A stretch of DNA of 64,000 nucleotides. Origin: Elusimicrobia bacterium RIFCSPLOWO2_02_FULL_39_32. GTDB taxonomy: Bacteria > Elusimicrobiota > Elusimicrobia > 2-02-FULL-39-32. The notes beneath the pieces are model-generated. The model did no database searches. It saw nothing but the letters and a program-made list of their open reading frames with translations, and had not been told where the DNA came from. The position numbers and the translations under genes were made by a program. Below are positions 18,601 to 24,739 of the stretch, one piece after another. The stretch lies in assembly GCA_001800135.1 (NCBI GenBank), contig MGUU01000010.1, forward strand, positions 115,696-179,695, written 5' to 3'. The first letter of the stretch is position 1. Every line of letters begins with the position of its first letter.

Positions 18601-20429
18601 TTAAAGTGATGGGATTGGATGAGACACTTTCTATTCCTTATCTTGGTTCACAGGAGGAGATAAAAGGGGTCATAGATGCTAAATTTGGAGATTTTGTGAA
18701 AAATGAGCAGAGTCATTATCTGTTTTCTCAAAGCAATGACCAGAAATTAGAGGTCTATGTGGATAATGACAATGTTGAAAAAAGGCATAGTTTGATTCTG
18801 AAGAATTTAGAGACTGGATTAGAAAGAGTAATTTTTACACATGGTTATGATGATTATAGAACCAGTGTTTGGGACGTAAGATTCAGTCCGAACAGCCAAT
18901 ATTTAGTGATGAATCGCAATGATGATTCTATGTTTAGTACTTTGATTGTTTTAGACAGGAATGGAGATGTGGTCTTTGAATATTCCGGAAGGGGTCAGGA
19001 AAAGATGATCATCCATAACTTTACTGTCAACAATGATTCGATTGTAGTGAAATATGGAGCGGTTATACCTGAGACAAATCCCAGTGGATCTACATCTTAT
19101 ATATATCCTTATGGAACAACTGAGCAGATAGAGACATTGCCATTAGGTTCTTCTAAGACCTCACTATTACAGTCAGCAAAAGATTTTATCGCAGGATTTA
19201 CTGGCGATTTGCCAGCCATGGCAGCGGAGAATGAAGCAACCTTTTCAGCATCTCCAAAACCTGAGCCATCTCCCATGCAAAAGATCAATGAATTAATTAA
19301 GAATAATGACGGTAAAGCGATGAGTGAATATGGCTTGATTATAGCTTTAGCTGCAGCGCTTGTGATTATAAATCCTCCTATTGGTTTGACCATTTTAGGA
19401 GCTGCAGTAGCTTTGCATTTTGCGGCTCGAGTTTTTAGGACAATTCAAGATAAAAAGGCTAAAGTAAAAGTGCATGCTGCAATCTCTAAAAAGATTGATG
19501 CCGCAAAAGATGTAGAGGTAGGGAAGCTAGATGAGAAAATCATAGCAATTGCTTTAAAGGGTACAGCTAATGATCTTGATTCTGCTACCAAGGTAGAGCT
19601 AAAAAGACATATTGAGAAATCTCTTGCTGAGATTGGATCCTATGAAGATAGGGTAGAAGAAGAAAGAGTAGTGACAGAGAAGTTACAACAAACTTTATTT
19701 GCAATTTCTGCAAGTGGAGGAGATGTTGAACTTCTTAAGAGAATTTTTAAGGAACAAGAGGTGGTTCCAGCCAAAGAATTGCTTCAATATTTTGATGTTA
19801 GAGCTAAAAGAGCTCATAAGGAAGATTATGTAAAGGCGCAATGGATATTAGGTGGATTGAAATTAAATCAAGAGAATGCAAGAGCTTTTGAAGCAGCTTA
19901 TAATAGAGGCGTGATTCTCTTAAGTTGGGCTAAGAAAATGGTTCAACAGGCTTCAATCTCGATTGCTAAACTTGGAAAAGGTTTTAAAGTGGTAGATGCC
20001 ACTCCTCTTATGAATGGCAGTGAAGAAGAGAAGGCAAAAACATCTCTTGCTATTAAGAAGTTAGCAGAGTCAGGTGAGAAGTTTGCGCTTCAGGCAAAAG
20101 GGTATGACCGCGCAACCATTGAGCAGAACTTACATCAAACTAAAGAATTAGAAGGAGTAGATATTACTAACATCCTTTATCTCCAAGCGCAACAGGGAGA
20201 AAAGATGAGTTTAGATGAGCTATTTAAGGAGTTGGATGGAATGAAGCTCGCTGGTTTAGGAGTGAAGGTCATCACCACAAATCTTGACAACTGGGATTGG
20301 GAGACGAATGAGAATAAGAGTATTGAGATCTACTATCTTTTGGAAGCTGCGTTTCTAAAACCAGTGCTTAAACTCAAAGAACTCTCAGACGAACTCGCTC
20401 ACGAGAGATTCCTAAAGATCAACGCATAA
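12669..20429 (+). CDS. Giant mosaic membrane/surface protein (2,586 aa), function unknown
   Basis: Uninterrupted 7,761-nt ORF with a GGAGGTG SD (12656..12662) 6 nt before the ATG. Domain order, N- to C-terminal: an N-terminal signal peptide (...SAPFASA/N); a TraB/Tiki-like motif set; an internal lipobox-like segment; beta-rich PD40-like repeats; a polytopic TM block (about aa 1298-1480); two tandem 2-TM modules and a third module each starting with a Flp-prepilin-like motif; a Pro/Thr linker; and a C-terminal helical/coiled-coil region. Confidence 0.9.
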   Translation: MIQFWVGQKNRSWLKFTGGLVATSFFFTTVSAPFASANLWNERRKAVEDLKKEPMEVASATGLPSYETMVGNSIALPSPETLVSHGAMQELLNKVRGGKIQHQPKIHLDLPQEFVSHVETYGEVERLYLANSQTLKFSNFLNSSILQLTNPHSTTPNSNSLVILIQDAHGIYGVQKNISELIKGFNNFGVRLVGVEGASGEMTGIYQWRNYPDKASLMKVANYLLEKGLLSGVEVAGLDGSPIPSNRLKDGKLCENKIHDRCLKNHLVSGGVEFYGVEEKENYLEQVKSFTDTISGNREVTSWLEKTKTAIEVSKEKIYSPELKELDKSRDLYEKGELKLGEWVQGLSKRDSKILTFNLSKYAKAYELERTINFKEVSAEQKKILEQLSQKLTRNQLVELLEESLAYRLGKISYVEFYAALKDRCEKAKLKFTPELDKYMKYVVIVDGIDREKLFEEVKRLENRAVQELLKGASANIKSLVQMDQDYRLLTKALDFKLSPEEWREFNQRKEEIEKIGIQVLNPQTQPVQEALKNVTRFNELSHERNHIFVEKLISKLEVRNLNSNREDLNTGSRISVLVAGGYHTRGLEELLRKKEISYIVIRPNMESSDLKEDYHPLNAFKRDALPLEKMFYPEKLTINPPQALEGAVKLNRDDKLASIVGRTFKILAPAESLFNGIKEKIAEAANVQIKEEESEQGVTIVNVRDGERSYRIYKTLAKNNEVLQEILRKDKNKIKETESVDFKDGSKRVLALEKPSFLAQVKPFSIPPKIKSKVRKGLMVVYTLLATACGNAFNINMNAPLVDVKAEANVKIENNVDININNGVLKGKNEWEIKSSDGRFTARFVKDISSRLMYGQGELIITDHVTGRKKKTTIRGSIENPQFVGRRLVLLVKDEPFEKDKNDGFGPSVFIKTYAAMEGDEEYIITYEKKRYKNIKNYEFSSDQEYVVIHEDDQGRSSLHVRRLRDGMYMGGSNIFFNNQPLLNAMPMVLEKKEDGDYVIIRNQQGQSTIYKLNKNGGYILVTNVETLSQLQAGEIDIVTGKALSAIETNTISLPLVGRDNMGITATKRRGVAIFYDKDEKGNPITIVKYSPETHVEREFIASGVWHRVGGEKGIIINKPYYFSVDGDKDQEIILEIKDDKLRGHGFSLRKLEKGKWRTGILSPDLRLADTTLGQMRVREINIYANNPQAEGTFRVRGFGDYSKLFTDPTNMFTENANHTLSLSDRVITGARDFFLGFVGIPTEAKEKGAPVYVKQSPRPRADYSVTGDRYISEMMRGEVVVMGKQKIDPDVFPRTRDNSLLFFLILLSPAIILIILAYMRHKDIEARSEDSPAAILSKKIAKYQFDKLIAAPWIESALFQFIPLTIAVIFFGLEFGTIGFSIVASMGVAVNATFFSIHNGIPRHISMLIEGILVLPIRGAIFVFSFALALPMVSSLYSAPFSLFMSLTFAYLIEAFSISVYNLLVLSLSDQSIGRELTKSDSGKSHDLHDNPETKDESGQAKVEFGVILAGIALGLVLLLTMCALPMHAQAAVLLSPDATSSLATSKLNVTGMIVTGILLMVGLWGVSKLSKNQSTFSFEDDWNGWNDVLARADAVKKDEQPASNPLIDILKDEGGQAKVDFGVILGVMALCAVIFLSMCSPSYGAVLLSPNATASVTTSAATSSSILDGSILGWIAHGINSGGLGSIVIIGFVAALALFLAWKYDSLPFEGRNISDDWKVPGGRLFSFYAPLAGVVLLFNTACAAIGLPNLIPATTPTPAVTASAVVSPTPATTPQPTETPAAVITTPQPSQTPQNIATDSIVVEYAGNYPHKYPLFEQNPNNPVTHVRQNLLASAENEHLRADAIGFSYYGPHISGGPGFKLILTEPGTMKYKHSFWVDYTRGYPLKVHISPNGKTVGVQFNTYNRIKGVETHYYELFDLNGNRILQFPVQDKNYRYDRQVNAAIKDVVIDDTNILFTYQVVRVGMDNGYDRGFKVMGLDETLSIPYLGSQEEIKGVIDAKFGDFVKNEQSHYLFSQSNDQKLEVYVDNDNVEKRHSLILKNLETGLERVIFTHGYDDYRTSVWDVRFSPNSQYLVMNRNDDSMFSTLIVLDRNGDVVFEYSGRGQEKMIIHNFTVNNDSIVVKYGAVIPETNPSGSTSYIYPYGTTEQIETLPLGSSKTSLLQSAKDFIAGFTGDLPAMAAENEATFSASPKPEPSPMQKINELIKNNDGKAMSEYGLIIALAAALVIINPPIGLTILGAAVALHFAARVFRTIQDKKAKVKVHAAISKKIDAAKDVEVGKLDEKIIAIALKGTANDLDSATKVELKRHIEKSLAEIGSYEDRVEEERVVTEKLQQTLFAISASGGDVELLKRIFKEQEVVPAKELLQYFDVRAKRAHKEDYVKAQWILGGLKLNQENARAFEAAYNRGVILLSWAKKMVQQASISIAKLGKGFKVVDATPLMNGSEEEKAKTSLAIKKLAESGEKFALQAKGYDRATIEQNLHQTKELEGVDITNILYLQAQQGEKMSLDELFKELDGMKLAGLGVKVITTNLDNWDWETNENKSIEIYYLLEAAFLKPVLKLKELSDELAHERFLKINA
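17160..17860 (+). repeat. Tandem intragenic duplication (2 copies, about 351 nt period) of a Flp-like leader plus 2-TM module
   Basis: Copy 1 begins gatgaatctggtcaggcgaaagtggagtttggagtaatccttg (17160). Copy 2 begins gatgaaggtggacaagcgaaagtggattttggagtaatccttg (17511). The protein copies also share AVLLSP(D/N)AT(S/A)S, a second TM helix and a DDW(N/K) motif. Confidence 0.75.
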
Positions 20430-20458
20430 TTTTTGACTGCAACACTCTTTTTAGTTCA

Positions 20459-20503
20459 AGTTAACCCGAATAAATCCTACTAGATTATTCGGGTTAACTT
20501 TTG
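20459..20503 (+). terminator. Candidate intrinsic terminator after the giant ORF
   Basis: Perfect 15-bp inverted repeat: agttaacccgaataa (20459..20473) and ttattcgggttaact (20485..20499), with an 11-nt loop, followed by TTTGG. The U-tract is short. Confidence 0.5.
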
Positions 20504-20517
20504 GTATAGTTCTTTCT
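20472..20517. repeat. 46-bp direct repeat, copy A (left flank of the TA cassette)
   Basis: aaatcctactagattattcgggttaacttttggtatagttctttct matches 21053..21098 at 43 of 46 positions. The offset is exactly 581 bp. Confidence 0.9.
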
Positions 20518-20518
20518 A

Positions 20519-20779
20519 TCAAATTCGGTAGATTTCTCGCCGATGTCCTACCTTTACTATTTCTATGGTTTGGTGGGTATCGTTTATTGAATAAACGATA
20601 CGCCAATCCCCTTGCCGAATGCGGTATTTTTCTTCTCCGGAAAGTTTTTCACACCCATGGGGTCTTGGCTCTATAGAAAGTGATTGAACTTTACTAACAA
20701 TTCTTGTTAAGTCTATCTTTGGAACCAGTCTTAATTCCTTTTCAGCGCTCCTTTTAATGAGAACCTTATAGGATGCCAT
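20519..20779 (-). CDS. RelE/ParE-family toxin
   Basis: The best start is MASYKV (ATG at 20779), giving 86 aa; the ORF track's upstream extension is unlikely. The C-terminal part (YRIRQGDWRIVYSINDTHQTIEIVKVGHRREIY) is typical of RelE/ParE. It overlaps the upstream antitoxin gene by 14 nt. Confidence 0.75.
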   Translation of the reverse strand: MASYKVLIKRSAEKELRLVPKIDLTRIVSKVQSLSIEPRPHGCEKLSGEEKYRIRQGDWRIVYSINDTHQTIEIVKVGHRREIYRI

Positions 20780-20993
20780 CTCGTTTAAGCTCTTTGAGTA
20801 CGGTTTCGAAAGGTCTAACGGGTTCCTTGCTCCTTTTGTGGAAGGCATCTAAATCTGCCTTATCTTCACGGAGCGAAAAAGTTAAAGCATCGTTTACAAT
20901 GTTCGAGAGACTTTTTTCCGTAAGAGCAGACTTAACTTTAGCAGCTCTGTAAAGCTTAGGGTTTAGATAAATGGTTGTTCTAGTGAATGACAT
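20766..20993 (-). CDS. Ribbon-helix-helix (CopG-like) antitoxin
   Basis: The start is placed at MSFTRTTIYL because a strong AGGAGGTG SD lies 5-6 nt upstream of that ATG. The N-terminal beta-strand plus two helices (TTIYLNPKLYRAAKVKSALTEKSLSNIVNDAL) is RHH-like. It is translationally coupled to the toxin. Confidence 0.7.
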   Translation of the reverse strand: MSFTRTTIYLNPKLYRAAKVKSALTEKSLSNIVNDALTFSLREDKADLDAFHKRSKEPVRPFETVLKELKRDGIL

Positions 20994-21052
20994 AATCCCA
21001 CCTCCTGATAGCATTATAACATTAAAACGTTAAAATGTCAAAAATGTTATGA

Positions 21053-21098
21053 AAATCCTACTGGGTTATTCGGGTTAACTTTTGGTATAGTTCTTCCT
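21053..21098. repeat. 46-bp direct repeat, copy B (covers the stop codon and last 12 codons of the GT4 gene)
   Basis: aaatcctactgggttattcgggttaacttttggtatagttcttcct. See copy A at 20472..20517. Confidence 0.9.
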
Positions 21099-22218
21099 GC
21101 TTTATGACCATGTTATAGATATCAAAAGAGTCATCAATGGTTTGAGAGGCATTTTTTTTAAGAGATTGAAGGAGAGATTGGTCTTGTAAAATTTGAACAA
21201 TTTTTTCTGCCATCTCATTAACTTGGCTAGGCGGGATGAGGAAGCCATTTTGATTATTTTTAATGATTTCCTTTAAGCCATCCACTGCAAAAGCAATTAC
21301 CGGATTTCCCACAATCAGAGCTTCTACAGCTGCGCGCGGCAATCCTTCCCAAAGAGAAGTAAGCACAAACAGGTCTGAAATCTGAAGGATTTGAGGTATA
21401 TCCCTGCGCCATCCTAAAAGCTGAATGTTTTTTTCAATGTCCTGTTTTTTGATTTCTTTTTCAATATTAGTTCGTAGTTCTCCATCCCCTACCATAAGAA
21501 ATTGAACTTGAGGAATGTTTTGTAAAACTAACCCTGCCATCTTAATAAAAGTAACAGGATCTTTTTGAATTTTGAATGGCGCTACATTTAAGATAATTTT
21601 GGATTGAGGTGATATTCCCAATTCTTTGCGCAAAAGTTCAGGGTTAGAATTTTCAGCTTCTTTTTTTATCTTCTTAATATCCACCCCGCTGCGAATTAGA
21701 GTATATTGTTCAGCTTTTCCAATCCCAAGGCTTAATCCCTCTTGAATATTTTCTTTAGTTACCGCGATTAGTCTCTCAGTGAATTTTCCAATCCATTTTT
21801 CCAAAAATATGAAGAGTTTTCTGGTCCAAATTTTTTGAAAGGGATTAAAACCAAATCCATGAATGGAATGGATGATACAGGGCACGCCTAGAAGCCATGC
21901 GGCAATTCTGCCAACAATGCCTGCTTTGGAAGAATGCGTATGCACAATTTGAGGACCCTCTTTTTTTAAGATTTTATAGATTTTAATTAAGGCGATAAAA
22001 TCATTGAGAGGGTGGATGGGCCGCACCAGTTCATTGACAAAATAAACTTTAAGTTGAGGGATTTTTTTTGCTTCTTCATCTAAATATCCGCCTAACCCAC
22101 AAATTAAGCCGACTTCAAATTTGTCTCGATTTAGATGCGACACTGTAAAAAGAGTGTTCTGCTGCGCTCCCCCCAGCTCCAGAAGAGTTACCACATGAAA
22201 TACTTTTATTTTTTCCAC
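21058..22218 (-). CDS. Glycosyltransferase family 4 (GT-B, group 1)
   Basis: 386 aa with an N-terminal GGAQ motif and a C-terminal EGLPRAAVEALIVGNPVIA (EX7E) motif. Confidence 0.8.
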   Translation of the reverse strand: MEKIKVFHVVTLLELGGAQQNTLFTVSHLNRDKFEVGLICGLGGYLDEEAKKIPQLKVYFVNELVRPIHPLNDFIALIKIYKILKKEGPQIVHTHSSKAGIVGRIAAWLLGVPCIIHSIHGFGFNPFQKIWTRKLFIFLEKWIGKFTERLIAVTKENIQEGLSLGIGKAEQYTLIRSGVDIKKIKKEAENSNPELLRKELGISPQSKIILNVAPFKIQKDPVTFIKMAGLVLQNIPQVQFLMVGDGELRTNIEKEIKKQDIEKNIQLLGWRRDIPQILQISDLFVLTSLWEGLPRAAVEALIVGNPVIAFAVDGLKEIIKNNQNGFLIPPSQVNEMAEKIVQILQDQSLLQSLKKNASQTIDDSFDIYNMVIKQEELYQKLTRITQ

Positions 22219-22335
22219 AAATTTATCATATCAAATTTATTAATCAGATTACCCTTAAAGATTCTACTTTTTAGGTAATTTTTGTATGAATTTAATTGAA
22301 AAATAAGGTGAGAAGGGATAAAATTAAAATTCACA

Positions 22336-23388
22336 ATGATCCTTTTTATTGCTAGTCAAGAAACTGATTATCTCCAGGATTTAACTTATTCTGGCTTAGC
22401 GCAAATTTTAGGAAAAGAATCTATTGTGGATTTTCCCTTTCATTGGCAGTATCATCAAGAAAAAAGGTTTATCTGGTCTTCGAAAAATTGCTATCCAAAA
22501 AATTTAGGATTTGTACCTGAAAAAGAATTTAAATCATCCTGCAATCGCTCTAAAGGGTTTGTACAGATCAAAGAGCTCTTAAGAAAAAATCATTTTAGGT
22601 TAGTTATTCTTGGCGCAGCTAAACCAGATGCATTGCGTACATTCCATGAGCTTTCAGATCTAGTGCGAGCGCCTTGGATATTTATTGATGGCGGGGATTG
22701 GCAGGAAGTAGGCGGTGACTTTAAAAGAACTGGCGGAGAAGAGAGTTTTAATTGTTTTCTTTCTCTTTGTAATAAAATTCCACCAGCAGCTATCTTTAAA
22801 AGAGAAGTTCCTATTAATAAAAATTTAGAGAAGCTCTTTCCTCTACCTTTTTCAGTATCATCTCAAGTTCCTATTTTAAAAAGCGTTTCCAAAAAGATTT
22901 GGAATGTAGTTTTTTGGGCTGTGGAATCTTCATCAACTAGGAAAAAAGTTTTTGAACTTCTTAAGGATAGGTATGACTGTAAAATGAATGGCTCAATTTC
23001 AGGACAGAAATTTAAAGATTATAATTTTAAAGGGAACCATTATTTTAAAGCTCTAAATGAAGCAAAAATTGCTTTGAGTTTTAGAGGAGGGGGTTTTGAT
23101 ACTCTTAGGTATTGGGAAATTCCTGCTTGCGGCTCACTTCTAATTTCTGAAAAACCTTTCATTCAAATCCCCAATAATTTTATTCATGGCGAGCACGCGC
23201 TTTTTTGTAAAAATGATCTTTCTGATTTAACTCATTTGATTGACACCTATCTTTTAAATGAAAAAGATTCTCAAGCTATATCAGAAGAAGGCCAAAAGCA
23301 TCTTTTAAAATATCATACAGACAAACACCGCGCTCAATATCTTTTAGAACTTTTAAATTCCAAATTGAATTTAAATTTTAAGTTTTGA
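22336..23388 (+). CDS. Putative CgeB-like / group-1-related glycosyltransferase
   Basis: 350 aa. The C-terminal half (FRGGGFDTLRYWEIPACGSLLISEKP...HALFC) resembles the CgeB/DUF3880-type GT-B C-terminal domain. Recognition by eye only. Confidence 0.4.
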   Translation: MILFIASQETDYLQDLTYSGLAQILGKESIVDFPFHWQYHQEKRFIWSSKNCYPKNLGFVPEKEFKSSCNRSKGFVQIKELLRKNHFRLVILGAAKPDALRTFHELSDLVRAPWIFIDGGDWQEVGGDFKRTGGEESFNCFLSLCNKIPPAAIFKREVPINKNLEKLFPLPFSVSSQVPILKSVSKKIWNVVFWAVESSSTRKKVFELLKDRYDCKMNGSISGQKFKDYNFKGNHYFKALNEAKIALSFRGGGFDTLRYWEIPACGSLLISEKPFIQIPNNFIHGEHALFCKNDLSDLTHLIDTYLLNEKDSQAISEEGQKHLLKYHTDKHRAQYLLELLNSKLNLNFKF

Positions 23389-23407
23389 GTATGCTCAAAC
23401 TCCAGAG

Positions 23408-24739
23408 TTAAGAGGGAGGTTTTTTAGATAAATTTAAGATTTTCTCTGCGGTTTTCTTCCCATCCAGGATCGCTTCTTCCATGAATGAATATTTCCATTC
23501 CCCATACCTTCCAATGCTGAATATTTGATTTGCATTTAAAAAATCAAATATTTTTTGAGTTACTTTTTTTCTGTCTTTTGTGTAAAGCACATAAGCATAA
23601 CGAATGGGTATGAAGTTTGCAACTAAAATTTTATCCGACTTTTGCAAAATTCCGCATTTTTCAAGATCGGTTTTCACCTTTTTAAGGAATTCCGGGTCTT
23701 GAAAGTTAATTTTTTTTTCAGGCCGGTGAGAAACTTCTATGTACATGGAAGAACAGCCTTTTGGAACCACATGGGGAGTAAAATTCATGGGAAACCCTAC
23801 TCTATAAAAAATAAATTTTTTTTCAGGGAAATAAATCCAGGTTTTATCTGAAATATTCGGCCTATTAATTCCAAGGTTAATATTTAAAACAGAAGTCCAT
23901 TTTAAAGAAGGCAGTAGGTTTTGAATATTTATTGGAAGATCATTCATTCTTTTAATTAGTTCTACAAGCGGCAGGGACGATACTAAAAAATCGTACGGAA
24001 CCCATTCTTTGCCTTCAAATTTCACAAGTTTTTCTTTCCAATTTATTTTCTCCACACTGGTGTTTAATTTTACAGGAATTCGAGACCCAAGTTTTTCCGA
24101 TAAAACCTGAATGCCTCCCTTTTTAGGATAGAGAAAGGTCACATTATATCCAAATGATTTATCGAAACTTTTTTTCGATCCATGGATCACATCCTCAAGT
24201 TTTGGTTGAGGAACAAACATTCCGCACCATTCCGCTGTCATGTCTTTTAAAGGAATTCCCCATAATTTTTCGTTATAACTCTTCATAAAATGTTTATGGA
24301 TTCCTGAGCCAAAAGTTCTTAAACTCCATAGATTAAAAGGCAGGGATGTGGATCTTTTTTCATCTTTGGAATAATTGTTAACAGCTTTTTTAAAACCAAC
24401 CACGCATTCCTGAATAATTTTTTTAGGAAGACCATAGGTGTTGACTTGGAATGGGTATGGGGTTAAGACTCCATGAGAATAAATTGCAGCTTTTCTTTCG
24501 CAGAAATAAAGATTATTTTTAAGAAGTTTTTGAATTAAATTTTTTGTATAGAGGTGATGAAGGTGCAAAAGGTGGCCGGTAATGTCAAAGGTAAATCCAT
24601 TAATTTGAAAGCTTCTGGCTGTTCCACCTAAGCAATTGCTTCTTTCAATGATAGTTATTCTTGCTTTATTTTGAAGATGATAGGCAGTGGAAAGACCTGC
24701 AAGGCCTGCTCCTAAAACAACAATTTTTTTTTCAGTCAA
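23408..24739 (-). CDS. FAD-dependent oxidoreductase, UDP-galactopyranose mutase-like
   Basis: 443 aa with an N-terminal dinucleotide fold (VVLGAGLAGLSTAY...IERSNCLGG). The central YNEKLWG resembles the Glf YTEKQWG motif. The C-terminal IGRYGEWKY..M resembles Glf GGRLAEYKYYDM. Confidence 0.5.
   Translation of the reverse strand: MTEKKIVVLGAGLAGLSTAYHLQNKARITIIERSNCLGGTARSFQINGFTFDITGHLLHLHHLYTKNLIQKLLKNNLYFCERKAAIYSHGVLTPYPFQVNTYGLPKKIIQECVVGFKKAVNNYSKDEKRSTSLPFNLWSLRTFGSGIHKHFMKSYNEKLWGIPLKDMTAEWCGMFVPQPKLEDVIHGSKKSFDKSFGYNVTFLYPKKGGIQVLSEKLGSRIPVKLNTSVEKINWKEKLVKFEGKEWVPYDFLVSSLPLVELIKRMNDLPINIQNLLPSLKWTSVLNINLGINRPNISDKTWIYFPEKKFIFYRVGFPMNFTPHVVPKGCSSMYIEVSHRPEKKINFQDPEFLKKVKTDLEKCGILQKSDKILVANFIPIRYAYVLYTKDRKKVTQKIFDFLNANQIFSIGRYGEWKYSFMEEAILDGKKTAEKILNLSKKPPS

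Noticed and set aside
20430-22335. Mobile-element genes (integrase, transposase, recombinase) that could explain the TA cassette insertion.
   Set aside because: None is present. The only ORFs are the TA pair and glycosyltransferases, so the insertion mechanism stays unknown. I did not annotate a mobile element.
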